NCBI GenBank assembly: GCA_963771885.1
Contig: CAVYVF010000002.1
Coordinates: 128,001 to 192,000 of the forward strand
Direction of reading: 5' to 3'
DNA: 64,000 nucleotides
From: Candidatus Bathyarchaeota archaeon
GTDB lineage: Archaea > Thermoproteota > Bathyarchaeia > TCS64
Positions 49,116-59,008 of this stretch are shown here, one piece after another (within the stretch, counting starts at the first letter, position 1; each line of letters opens with the position of its first letter). Below the pieces are notes generated by a model, which did not search any database, was not told the origin of the DNA, and worked only from the letters and a program-made list of their open reading frames with translations. The position numbers were made by a program, and so were the translations under genes.

Positions 49116-50753
49116 TCACTTAAAGAATAGGTACAAGATTATACCCGCTAGTATAATGAAACCAAATAATATCCTATTAGCAGCACTCTTCACGGATTTA
49201 CCAATATTATTTCCAAGACGATCAACATCTCCATCAGTTAACCTTACAATAAGATTCCCATTTGTTAGAACCTTACTCACATCGTTGACGCTACGCGGCA
49301 TCTTCGCAACCTCCTGTGTCGTATCTGGGAGATTGTAGACCGTTTTCTTAACCTGACTCACAATCCTGCCCACTAAGATTTCACCCAGATAGGGTTTAAC
49401 CTCGACGAGGAAATTAAAGTCCGGATAAATCCTCAGACTAAAGTCCCCAATCATCATGATTACCTTAATCATCAACATGGCAACCGTCGGGACTTTTAGA
49501 CGATACTTTCTCAAAGTGCTAGTAATTGCTAAGAATGCCTCAGTGTCCGGCTTATCGGGATCAATAGTTTGGCCCTCCAAGAGGCTAACGTAGAGTTCAT
49601 CCTTGAAAGACTCGACCCACGCATCGTTAATCTTCATACCTAATTCCTCAAACACGCGAACTAGCTCATCGACATCGGAATTGAGGACCCCTGTTAACAT
49701 TCTTAGTAATAGATCTCTTTTCTCAGGGCGAAGAACACCTACGAGGCCAAAATCAAGTAAAACAATATCGCCACTCTTCGTCACAAGAAGATTACCGGGA
49801 TGGGGATCACCGTGGAAGAATCCGTCACGGAATATTTGCTTCAAATATGCGTGTAACCCATTGCGGGCAACGTCTCGGGCATCGACTCCCATCTTCTTCA
49901 TTCCATCAATATCATCGATCCGAACCCCGTACATATGCTCCATAACTAGCATACGGCTTCCAGAGAACTCCCAATAGATCTTAGGAATACGGATGCCCTT
50001 CATTCCCTCCATATTCTTTGATATTAATTCAGCATTTTTTCCATCCCTAGTAAAATCGAGTTCGGAAGTTATCTGCTTGGAAAAATCATCAACTATCCCT
50101 GGGAAATTGTAGATGTTTAAGTCGTAGAGGGTATCGAATTTCTTTGCTATGAATTTTAATATGCTTAAATCAATGGCAACTTTCTCCCTTATGCCCGGCC
50201 GCTGTACCTTCAAAACGACCTCTGATCCATCTTTCAATTTTGCTTCATGTTCTTGGCTGAGGCTGGCCGCTGCAAAGGGCTGCTCATTCAAGTACGTGAA
50301 ACTCTTTTCGATTGGAGCGTACTCCTCAATCGTTGCCTTAATCTCTTCAAATGGCACCGGTTCTACTCGGTCGTTGAGCATCTTCAGCTCCTTGATCAAT
50401 TCAGCTGGCAAAGACTCCTGGCGGGTGCTCATTATCTGGCCAAATTTCACGAATACTGGGCCGAGCTCCTGGATAGCTAGACGGAAACGTCTGTAGATGT
50501 TCAAATTAGCGAGATTAGGATCCTGTTTCAGAATCTTTGCCTTTATTCCCCTAGGTACTAGTTTGGGAATAATATCTGGGATAACTATAGGAATGATCTC
50601 TGGTGCAGGAGTCTTGTCATATTTATGAAACCTTTCCCTTATCCTTCCCTGAAAAACATCCAATAACACTATCTCAAAACCATACTTCGTCAGTATGGCG
50701 GAGATTTCCCGCGCACGCTTACTACGACTATATGGATGAGTATTAACCAACAA
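49116..50753 (-). CDS. AarF/UbiB (ABC1) family atypical kinase
   Basis: LGPVFVKFGQ, AAASLSQ, LKVQRPG, FHGDPHPGN, LDFG. Confidence 0.9.
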   Translation of the reverse strand: MLVNTHPYSRSKRAREISAILTKYGFEIVLLDVFQGRIRERFHKYDKTPAPEIIPIVIPDIIPKLVPRGIKAKILKQDPNLANLNIYRRFRLAIQELGPVFVKFGQIMSTRQESLPAELIKELKMLNDRVEPVPFEEIKATIEEYAPIEKSFTYLNEQPFAAASLSQEHEAKLKDGSEVVLKVQRPGIREKVAIDLSILKFIAKKFDTLYDLNIYNFPGIVDDFSKQITSELDFTRDGKNAELISKNMEGMKGIRIPKIYWEFSGSRMLVMEHMYGVRIDDIDGMKKMGVDARDVARNGLHAYLKQIFRDGFFHGDPHPGNLLVTKSGDIVLLDFGLVGVLRPEKRDLLLRMLTGVLNSDVDELVRVFEELGMKINDAWVESFKDELYVSLLEGQTIDPDKPDTEAFLAITSTLRKYRLKVPTVAMLMIKVIMMIGDFSLRIYPDFNFLVEVKPYLGEILVGRIVSQVKKTVYNLPDTTQEVAKMPRSVNDVSKVLTNGNLIVRLTDGDVDRLGNNIGKSVKSAANRILFGFIILAGIILYLFFK

Positions 50754-51078
50754 ATCACATCCAACTATCCACGAATGTATGATTCCTAATCTACGAAAGA
50801 CTAGACTTAATTCTGCTCCGTGGGATGGTTCTTAAACCACTCACGAAGGGCCTGAATCGCAATTATGGAAAGCCCACCTTTGATTCCAGCATAGTCAACC
50901 TCTGTTCTCTGCCTAAGCTCGTTCTCCAAATCATCGGGCAAACTCAGCGTTATCTTCTTCATCCTATACCACACAATATACCACCATATACCTCAATATA
51001 TATCTATCGTAGAATACATTGGTATATATACTATCATGTACCATTATAGTTGAGTAAGCTCGAAGGATTGAAAATAAA

Positions 51079-51474
51079 ATGACAAGTCACTCAACTACAG
51101 AAAACAAGACAATTGAAGAGACCGCATATGAGATCGGATTGGCCGTTGGGATGAGCACTGAGAAGGCCCGCACAGTAATGATGGCATTTGGAGAGGGAAT
51201 TAGAAAGGGTATCGAGGATAGTAGACCCCTAGAGGCGAAGGTCGGGGAAGCTAAAGAGGCCGTATTTAAGGGAGTTAAGGAGAGCGCCGAGATCCTCGGT
51301 AAGACTGCTGAAGCGTTTGGAGACGGCGTTAAGAAGGGCATCGACGACGCTAAGCCCTTGAAGGTTAAGGTGGAAGAGGCGGGGGATGCCTTGGTTAAGA
51401 GTGTAGCTGAAGGCGTCGATAATATTGCGAAAGATATCGAAGCTGAGAAAGACAAGATCGAGAATTCTGTATAA
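51079..51474 (+). CDS. LEA/hydrophilin-like repeat protein
   Basis: Internal repeat AFGEGIRKGIEDSRPL / AFGDGVKKGIDDAKPL. Confidence 0.7.
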   Translation: MTSHSTTENKTIEETAYEIGLAVGMSTEKARTVMMAFGEGIRKGIEDSRPLEAKVGEAKEAVFKGVKESAEILGKTAEAFGDGVKKGIDDAKPLKVKVEEAGDALVKSVAEGVDNIAKDIEAEKDKIENSV

Positions 51475-51494
51475 ATTTGAGAGGGATGTTGTAA

Positions 51495-51656
51495 ATGGAC
51501 CTTTTCTGGACGGTTGCCGCAATTCTAGTGGTTCTATGGCTGCTCGGATTTTTGGGTGGGATCGGTGGGGGCTTAATCCACATTCTGCTGGTAATCGCAG
51601 CCATCGTAATCGTAATTAGACTAATACAGGGAAGAAATATTGCAACTGGAAAGTAA
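51495..51656 (+). CDS. Third lmo0937/DUF5670-family membrane protein
   Basis: MDLFWTVAAILVVLWLLGFLGGIGGGLIHILLVIAAIVIVIRLIQGRNIATGK. Confidence 0.85.
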   Translation: MDLFWTVAAILVVLWLLGFLGGIGGGLIHILLVIAAIVIVIRLIQGRNIATGK

Positions 51657-51735
51657 TCTCGTGAAGGGCGGTTTGACCATCACGCGATTTTTGTAACGGA
51701 TTAGACTGCCCATTTTGATCCCAAAATCCAAGTAT

Positions 51736-52320
51736 TTAGACCCTCAATGAGCCACGGAATCCTCTAACGCTATAGAACGATGGCGCGCTGTTGTGGTACA
51801 TGAAGACGGTGTCATAGCGGCGATCGGCGAAGATGGCGCCCCCGAGTATTCTAATTTTGGGCGGTGTCTTCACCCAGCTTGAAGTCTTCGTGTCGAATTT
51901 TCCTAGTTTCTGCAACTCTCTGTATTGTTCCTCTGTTAGAAGTTCTATGCCCATGGCGGCTGCCGTATCGATAGCGTTGCCTTCTGGATGTACCCCTTGC
52001 TTTTCTCTCTCTTTCTGCCCCTCACCGTCGTAACAGACGTTTCTGCGGCCTTTGGGAGTTTCCGCTGAACAATCGAAGAAGATGTACTCCCCCGTCTTTT
52101 TATCTTGGCTAACGACGTCCGGTTCGCCACCGGTTCTCTCCATTTCGTTGAGTGACCACAGTTTTTCTATTTTTACTTCCAGTTTCGCTTTTACTTTGAC
52201 CCATTCAATACTATTATGGCGGTTCATGTTTTCCTCAAAGCGGGCTTTTAGTGTTTGGAGTAGTTCTTCACGTTTCTCCGATGACAAGACTTTTTTAATA
52301 TCAATTGATGGAATGTGCAT
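51736..52320 (-). CDS. DUF4256 family protein
   Basis: EMERTGGEPDV, FDTKTSSW, YSVRGFRG. Confidence 0.8.
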   Translation of the reverse strand: MHIPSIDIKKVLSSEKREELLQTLKARFEENMNRHNSIEWVKVKAKLEVKIEKLWSLNEMERTGGEPDVVSQDKKTGEYIFFDCSAETPKGRRNVCYDGEGQKEREKQGVHPEGNAIDTAAAMGIELLTEEQYRELQKLGKFDTKTSSWVKTPPKIRILGGAIFADRRYDTVFMYHNSAPSFYSVRGFRGSLRV

Positions 52321-52443
52321 AATTATTGAATTTACATTGTTTTAATTAAATACATCTTTGAAGGGTAACGTCCTTGGAGCTAACAATTTACGCGTTTAAT
52401 GACTTTATGGCTAGTACTTGTCTAGAATAGTCAAAATATTTGT

Positions 52444-53211
52444 CTATTTCTTCCTGCCACGAATTATGGCAATGACCGAGTCTATTGCTACAACAGCGGC
52501 GCCGATTATTGCCGTATACGCGACAGGGGCCAGAGCGGACTGCTTAACGTAAATTCCCACGAGTGCCCAGACAATAACTGCCGCGTATCCCAAATCCCGG
52601 CGTTTCCAAAGCACAATTCCGGTTATTAGAACTGCGACCACTATCACGCCTATTGTCCAGTTGACTGCTCCAAGTATCAGCTCAGTCTGTCCCAATGATA
52701 CAAGCGCTGCGGCTATGTTAGCGATCGTTGCTACTGTTATCCAACCTAAATAGACGCTGAAGGGAAGATGTACGAGTAACATATCATTTCTAGAAACCTT
52801 TTCGACCCCGATTCCAAGTCGAGTGTATATAGTGATAAGTGATAGAAGCAAACCGAGCATGAGTAAGACTGATGCTGCTATCATCTCGTAGTGCCAGAGT
52901 AACAACCAGCATATGTTTATGATGCAGCTAGCGATGAATAGGTACCCAATTTTTTCTTGGAAGGGCGACTCCTTCATCTTCGCTGAGAGTTGATAGGCAA
53001 CAAAGCCAAGAAGGAGCAGATAGATTACTCCCCAGATGCTGAAAACGTACCCCGCTGGGGCGATTAAAGTCGCGTATTTGTCGGATATTGCTCCTGTTTG
53101 CAGCCCGTTGATGCCTATGGCTCCCGCTATCGAGTTGACTATCACAACAACAACGTAGGCAAGTAAATTGCCGAATCTAAGAAGTTTTGAATTGGATTTC
53201 AAATGGAACAC
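52444..53211 (-). CDS. TspO/MBR-related tryptophan-rich membrane protein (long form)
   Basis: ISDKY...APAGYVFSIWGVIY; PFSVYLGWITVATIAN. Confidence 0.75.
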   Translation of the reverse strand: MFHLKSNSKLLRFGNLLAYVVVVIVNSIAGAIGINGLQTGAISDKYATLIAPAGYVFSIWGVIYLLLLGFVAYQLSAKMKESPFQEKIGYLFIASCIINICWLLLWHYEMIAASVLLMLGLLLSLITIYTRLGIGVEKVSRNDMLLVHLPFSVYLGWITVATIANIAAALVSLGQTELILGAVNWTIGVIVVAVLITGIVLWKRRDLGYAAVIVWALVGIYVKQSALAPVAYTAIIGAAVVAIDSVIAIIRGRKK

Positions 53212-53518
53212 TGTTTTCTCTAATAGGAATTGGGAGTTAATTGTTTTTCTCTTAGGTACGTATGGTCAACAAGAGGCGCGCGCGATGTCGAGAAGGCAGC
53301 ATATTTTCAACTCATTAGTAAAGGAATTCTAAATATTGAAAAAAAAACATCGATCCGAATAATTCCGCACAGAGTATATGTTGGCTAGCCTCGCGCCCGA
53401 TTTGAGTTATTATTGACATTTTAAATGCGCGTGTATTCTATTGTAATACGTAGACATGCGCGCATACGTCGGCTTGGAAGTGCCGCACTCTGTCTGCATA
53501 GTTATATGGTGAGAGGAT

Positions 53519-54436
53519 ATGCAAGTCAAGGACCTTCGACGCTACATCAAGATCACCGAGAAGATGGTTGTACCAGCCAAGGTCGCATCAGTGACCCAAG
53601 GTAGCAATATGCTCCGCAAGCTGCCGCTCAGACTCCAGAAATATATCGTCAACAAAGGGGCTCAAACCAACCCATACCTGAGCTTCATCGTCGAACCATA
53701 CGCTATATTCCTCTCCTTTGAGGTCACCGACACAGAGGCGGCAGAACGATTGTTGCCACCGAACTACCGCTTGCTCCCTTCAGCGATGTTCAACGATACC
53801 CCCAAGAGACCATGCGCGATCATAAGCGCCTTCAACGTCCACACAAGCGTGTTTTGGGGAAGCCGCGTCGAGTTCTACATGATCGCTGAGAACTGCAAGA
53901 CCGGGCTTCTCTCATGGATCATCACCGAGTATGAGAGCAACACACACAGCTACGACCCAAGTAAGGGTTTCATCGGCCCTAGCACATCACATTCGGTGGT
54001 TACGACGTCTTATCTCGGAGAGATCATCATTGACGTTGCGAGTGGAAAGTCTGGCAACAGCCTCACCCTCGTTGCTAGTCTGAAGAATGGTGTGCTCACA
54101 GAACTTGATAAACGCCTTTGGGTCGAGGGTAATCTCTCAGTCGACTATGGCGGTGAGTTGCAGCAAAGCACCAAGCCGTTCAGTCTAGTGTTCGATCCGA
54201 AAGAGATGGCACAAGCCCTGAAGCTTCCTCTCGACGAAATCTCACTATGCACCAACACGTTCGGCGCTGGCGCACTGAACCCAATGCCGTTTGAAGCCGC
54301 TTGCTTCCCGTACGCTCAGCACTTCGTCACCACAAGCGTCCCGAAAGCTACCTCGATGCGGACGACCGAGGACCTTGAGCGGGCTGTGAACGAGATCAAC
54401 GAAAAGATGAGCGAGCCTCCGGAGAATGTCTGCTAA
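53519..54436 (+). CDS. Hypothetical soluble protein (possible acetoacetate-decarboxylase-like fold)
   Basis: 305-aa ORF; AERLLPPNYRL, GSRVEFY. Confidence 0.65.
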   Translation: MQVKDLRRYIKITEKMVVPAKVASVTQGSNMLRKLPLRLQKYIVNKGAQTNPYLSFIVEPYAIFLSFEVTDTEAAERLLPPNYRLLPSAMFNDTPKRPCAIISAFNVHTSVFWGSRVEFYMIAENCKTGLLSWIITEYESNTHSYDPSKGFIGPSTSHSVVTTSYLGEIIIDVASGKSGNSLTLVASLKNGVLTELDKRLWVEGNLSVDYGGELQQSTKPFSLVFDPKEMAQALKLPLDEISLCTNTFGAGALNPMPFEAACFPYAQHFVTTSVPKATSMRTTEDLERAVNEINEKMSEPPENVC

Positions 54437-54521
54437 TGATGTGCACGCGAGTCCTACCCCCTACCCTATAGCGCATGCGAGCAATTCGCGTAAACTCTAA
54501 ATTGTCCTCCTCTGAGAAACA

Positions 54522-55565
54522 ATGATCCAGTTGACCGGAGAAAAATCCTCAAGCGGGTACTCAGCAGCCAAGGCTTGGGTTATCGCAGTAGTTTTCGCTT
54601 TCATCTTTCCATTACTGATCTGGTACCTTTCACCTGGGTTAGCAAGATTCACCTCGATCCTACTTCCGGACCAGGGTGCAGACTGGTACTACTGGAAACT
54701 CCCCGCGAGAGATACCTTCACCATGGCAGTCGTCTGGGGGTTCTACCTCGCGCACCAAGTAAGTGTCTGGGGCTTGATCTGGTGGGCTCAACGAAACCTC
54801 CTCGAAAAAAACCAGTTAAGTAAAAACTTATCAAAATTCAATTTCGCGATGCTGGCTGTGAACATACTTTTTGTGGCATCACATCTTGTTGAAAGCCAGT
54901 ATCTATTCGATGGACTCGCACAAGATGTTCCGATCATGACTAGTCAGGGCTCCGTGATAGTCATGCTAGCGATTGTCCTCATCCTTGAGAACCCTCGCCG
55001 GGGGCTCCTCCTAGGTAGAAAGGCAGGAAAGCCCTTCACCGCTAGCGTAGTTGCTTGGTTCCGGAAGAGTCACCAATACCTCTTTGCATGGGCACTCGTC
55101 TACACTTTTTGGTTTCACCCCATGGCAGGGGATCCTCAACTCCTGACTGGGTTCCTATACATGATGCTGCTCTTCACACAAGTGAGCCTAGCGTACACCT
55201 GGATCCACCTTGATAAGAGGTGGGTTGTCTTCCTTGAAGGCTTCGTAGGTCTCCACGCGTTATTCGTCGCGGTCTACAACACGTTGCAGCATGGAAGCCT
55301 TGATATGTGGCCAATGTTCTTCGCTGGCTTCGCTGCGATGTTCGTCTTCACCGGACTGTATGCGTTCAAAGCAGAGAAGAGAGTTTACGGGGTGGTCACC
55401 GGTGCTTGGCTTCTTTTGTTAACGTGGATCTATGCACCGGCTCCTTATGGATATGCTAGACAGCTATCCGGGTTGATTAGGTTTGAACCATTCTGGATAC
55501 CTATAATACTCTATCTACTAGCAATAGTATTCGCCGGGGCAGCTTACCTGAAGATAAGGAAGTAG
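54522..55565 (+). CDS. Hypothetical His/Trp-rich polytopic membrane protein
   Basis: WYYWKL, YLAHQ, FDGLAQDVP, YTFWFHPM. Confidence 0.7.
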   Translation: MIQLTGEKSSSGYSAAKAWVIAVVFAFIFPLLIWYLSPGLARFTSILLPDQGADWYYWKLPARDTFTMAVVWGFYLAHQVSVWGLIWWAQRNLLEKNQLSKNLSKFNFAMLAVNILFVASHLVESQYLFDGLAQDVPIMTSQGSVIVMLAIVLILENPRRGLLLGRKAGKPFTASVVAWFRKSHQYLFAWALVYTFWFHPMAGDPQLLTGFLYMMLLFTQVSLAYTWIHLDKRWVVFLEGFVGLHALFVAVYNTLQHGSLDMWPMFFAGFAAMFVFTGLYAFKAEKRVYGVVTGAWLLLLTWIYAPAPYGYARQLSGLIRFEPFWIPIILYLLAIVFAGAAYLKIRK

Positions 55566-55653
55566 AGTAGCCAGACGCACAAGGGAAACGCGTTTAAATA
55601 CCTGTGAAGTAAAAAGGAGGTCACAGTGGTTTTTTAAAAGTGCCGTAGGAGAC

Positions 55654-56412
55654 GTGATGACCTTTATTGACATATTTATTATTTTAATCGCGTTCTTAAC
55701 GGCAGTTATTGACATAATATTTGGTATGGGCTTCGGATTAACTTTAACACCGATACTATTATTCTTTAACTATACTCCTAAAGAAATTGTACCCGCACTC
55801 CTACTTAGCAGTCTAGGAGGCAACATTTTCAGCAGCTTCTTCAATCATAGATTCAAAAACGCTGATTTTACACCGGGTGGTCATCACTTCAAAATCGTCA
55901 TGGCGATTGGAGGGGTTGGCGTTGTGGGCAGTATAATTGGGGCAATGGTAAACACTGGAATATCAAACTTCACTCTAACCCTCTATATTGGCATCTTGAT
56001 AATAGGAACCGGATTCTTCTTACTACTGAATAAGACTCTTAGCATCAAATTCAGTTGGATTAAAATAGGCTTACTTGGCCTCTTCGGCAGCTTCAACAAA
56101 GGCATTAGCGGAAGCGGTTTCGGACCAATCGTGACTACCGGGTTGCTATACATGAATACTACGGAGAAGGAGGCAGTCTCCATTCAAAGCTTCTCTGAGC
56201 TATTCGTGAGCCTCGTTGGATTTGCAGCGTTTCTCGCATCGGGTACAACTATGAACTGGAACCTAACTTGGTCACTATTAATTGGCGTCATAGCTTCAAC
56301 TCCCTTGGCTGCCTTCATAGTGAAAAAGGTAAAGGGAGGTACACTACGTACCGCTATCGCAGTTGTGACTGTAATACTTGGAACGGCAACGCTTCTTCAA
56401 CTTTTCATTTAA
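55654..56412 (+). CDS. Sulfite exporter TauE/SafE family
   Basis: FGMGFGLTLTP; GISGSGFGP. Confidence 0.82.
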   Translation: MMTFIDIFIILIAFLTAVIDIIFGMGFGLTLTPILLFFNYTPKEIVPALLLSSLGGNIFSSFFNHRFKNADFTPGGHHFKIVMAIGGVGVVGSIIGAMVNTGISNFTLTLYIGILIIGTGFFLLLNKTLSIKFSWIKIGLLGLFGSFNKGISGSGFGPIVTTGLLYMNTTEKEAVSIQSFSELFVSLVGFAAFLASGTTMNWNLTWSLLIGVIASTPLAAFIVKKVKGGTLRTAIAVVTVILGTATLLQLFI

Positions 56413-56429
56413 TGCGTTATTAGTCTGCT

Positions 56430-57488
56430 TCATTGAAATTGCAGGAATTTCTTTGGGTTATCAATGAGGAGTGAGTGTATCTCTTCTTCTGTGATCCCGT
56501 TCAATCGCATTAATGGAATTGTGGTTAATTGTATATGGCTATAACCGAAGCCACCGAATCTTTGTAGATCTGTTTTATGGAAGATATCGTGTGAAATAAG
56601 TAGCCTATCTAGATACCCATGATCTATCATCTTCCTTATACATGTGATACGCTGCCAATCGCTCAAAGCGTAGAATGTTTTCTCAGGGAGAATGATTGGA
56701 TTAGTATAGCTACCGAAGCTATCATACTCGATATAACACCCAGTCTTAGCGAGTTCTATGGTGAGTTCGACGTCCATTCCATGTCTGTTGCATATATGGC
56801 TTACAGCAGTATGGTGAATATCCCCGCCGAAGGAATTATACAATTCAATTATCTCCAAAGGTGAAGACTGGCTTCTTCCGGGGTGGATATTTACCGGTAC
56901 CCCGGTGGCATATTGGGTTTCTGCGACGGCTTGTAACACCTTAATCTCGTTGTCTTGTAATGGGTATGAGCAGCCTATCTCCCCTAATATTCCCGCCTTA
57001 ATCCCTGTTTTCCCAACCCCTACTAGTATATCATGCTCCATTTCCTCAGATAGCTCACTTACGCTTCGTTTAGAAAGGTCTGAGGGGTGGCTTGCCCCAA
57101 CATAATACCCGGACCCCATTATTATGTGAACGTTTGTTGTCTTAGAGATGTGGCTTAATCCAATTGGGTTGCGATGTAGTCCATTGTTTCCCATATCCAC
57201 AATCGCGTTGCCTCCGGCATTCTTGAATAGACGTAACTCATCCATTGCTACATCTTCTTCTAGTTGCTTCAAATTGTCAACACTGGCATGCTCATGTCTT
57301 TTTAACCAGTCAAGATTCTCCATTTTTACAGGTTCTAGCCCACGCGCACTCTCATCAGATTCTTGATACATATAGCTGGCATCCCATAGCAAATGCTCAT
57401 GGGATAGCGTTACGCCCAATAGGTCTGGATTAATAGGTCCAGATACACTTTGTATACTACCTGAAAATCCATGCCTTGGCATCATCAT
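56430..57488 (-). CDS. Phosphotriesterase-family metallohydrolase
   Basis: LGVTLSHEHL, GEIG, NIHPG, SH, LISHD; ATG at 57488 more likely than the longer ORF start. Confidence 0.85.
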   Translation of the reverse strand: MMMPRHGFSGSIQSVSGPINPDLLGVTLSHEHLLWDASYMYQESDESARGLEPVKMENLDWLKRHEHASVDNLKQLEEDVAMDELRLFKNAGGNAIVDMGNNGLHRNPIGLSHISKTTNVHIIMGSGYYVGASHPSDLSKRSVSELSEEMEHDILVGVGKTGIKAGILGEIGCSYPLQDNEIKVLQAVAETQYATGVPVNIHPGRSQSSPLEIIELYNSFGGDIHHTAVSHICNRHGMDVELTIELAKTGCYIEYDSFGSYTNPIILPEKTFYALSDWQRITCIRKMIDHGYLDRLLISHDIFHKTDLQRFGGFGYSHIQLTTIPLMRLNGITEEEIHSLLIDNPKKFLQFQ

Positions 57489-57585
57489 ATAATGTATTGC
57501 ATTATTATAAAACACGTATCGCACGCGCGAAATTTGAGTTAATTTATTAAATTGCCAATCAATTAATATCGATAGGTGTTCTGTT

Positions 57586-58410
57586 ATGGATAATGATTTA
57601 AGGAGAGAACTCATAGCAAAATCCCCAATAACCATAAATGGGCTAAGAAAACTCAACATCGGTGCCGGTATTCTTCATCTAGTTCAGGGAATAATAATGC
57701 TGGGTTTAGGATTATCAATAACCTGGAATAGAGAAATCTACACATTCTACATTAAATTTAAGATATTATCATTAAACCCACCAAATTTCCAGGTGTTGCC
57801 CGACCCGAAAGTAGCCTTGAATCTAGAATATCTAGGAGTTATCCTATCCTCCTTTCTACTAATATCTGCTGCAGCTCACTTCATAATAGCCTTCCTCAGA
57901 ATTAAAAATTATGAGGAGAATTTAAAGAAGGGAATGAATCCATACAGATGGTATGAATATGCAATATCTAGTTCCATTATGCTGACGTTCCTCTCTACAT
58001 TCGTAGGCGTCTGGGATTTATGGTCTCTAGTGATGATTTTTGTCTTAAACACTATGATGATAATGTTTGGTTATCTTATGGAGAAGATCAATCAGTATAC
58101 TAAGAAGACGGATTGGTCTCCCTATCTACTTGGTTGCATCTCAGGGTTCACGCCTTGGCTAGTCACCGCTGCTTACTTTATTGCTGCACTAGGTTCAACT
58201 GATACTCGACCACCTACTTTCGTCTACCTAACACTGGTAATTTACTTCATAATGTTCAATACTTTCTCAATAAATATGATTCTTCAATACAAGGGAATTA
58301 GTAGATGGAAGGATTACTTATTTGGCGAAAGAGTATACATCATACTCAGCCTTGTTGCAAAGACAATACTTGCATGGCTGGTTTTCATAGGCATTTATGC
58401 GCCATTCTAA
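57586..58410 (+). CDS. Heliorhodopsin
   Basis: LHLVQG, AAHF, NPYRWYEYAISSSIM (counterion Glu), GERVYIILSLVAK (retinal Lys). Confidence 0.93.
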   Translation: MDNDLRRELIAKSPITINGLRKLNIGAGILHLVQGIIMLGLGLSITWNREIYTFYIKFKILSLNPPNFQVLPDPKVALNLEYLGVILSSFLLISAAAHFIIAFLRIKNYEENLKKGMNPYRWYEYAISSSIMLTFLSTFVGVWDLWSLVMIFVLNTMMIMFGYLMEKINQYTKKTDWSPYLLGCISGFTPWLVTAAYFIAALGSTDTRPPTFVYLTLVIYFIMFNTFSINMILQYKGISRWKDYLFGERVYIILSLVAKTILAWLVFIGIYAPF

Positions 58411-58597
58411 ATTGATTATATGGTGTAACCTGTGAACTAATTATTAATTAAGACTTTTTCATTATTAAATGAGTATATTATGACTGATTTACTTTTACTT
58501 TTCAAACCGAACACTAACGTAAACTGCTGAGCTTTTAGTAAGCGTATATTCGCGTGCATTCCTGATTTATAAAAACGCGTGCGGTAAGGTGGCTGAT

Positions 58598-58888
58598 TTA
58601 TTGCACTGCTTCTACTGATTCGCTTCTCTTGTATGTGTTATTGAGATCCCTGTTCAAATCTTTCAGAAGTATGCTGACAGCGCTGTCTGAAGAGTGGGGG
58701 TTGTTGTCTCCCCATGCCTTAATCTTTGTGTATGGCGGGGGCACTTCGATAAGTAGGCACATAACGCCTCCTATGCCTCTATTGCAGTACTTGCTTGCTA
58801 GGAGGGTTCCTTCATTTTTTTCTATATGGTATTCGTTGGATGTGAGTACTTGGAGGGCTCTTTTACGGTTTTCTTCGAGGTATCCCAT
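58598..58888 (-). CDS. Hypothetical protein
   Basis: 96-aa ORF with upstream AGG. Confidence 0.45.
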   Translation of the reverse strand: MGYLEENRKRALQVLTSNEYHIEKNEGTLLASKYCNRGIGGVMCLLIEVPPPYTKIKAWGDNNPHSSDSAVSILLKDLNRDLNNTYKRSESVEAVQ

Positions 58889-59008
58889 CCTCTAATTCGC
58901 TTGATTTCAATTTAACTGCATTATGGATTACAAATTAGATTATATTCATCGGTTTTTACATGTCTTGTTTAATGCATATTCTACCTGCATGCGAATGTCA
59001 AAAAGCAC

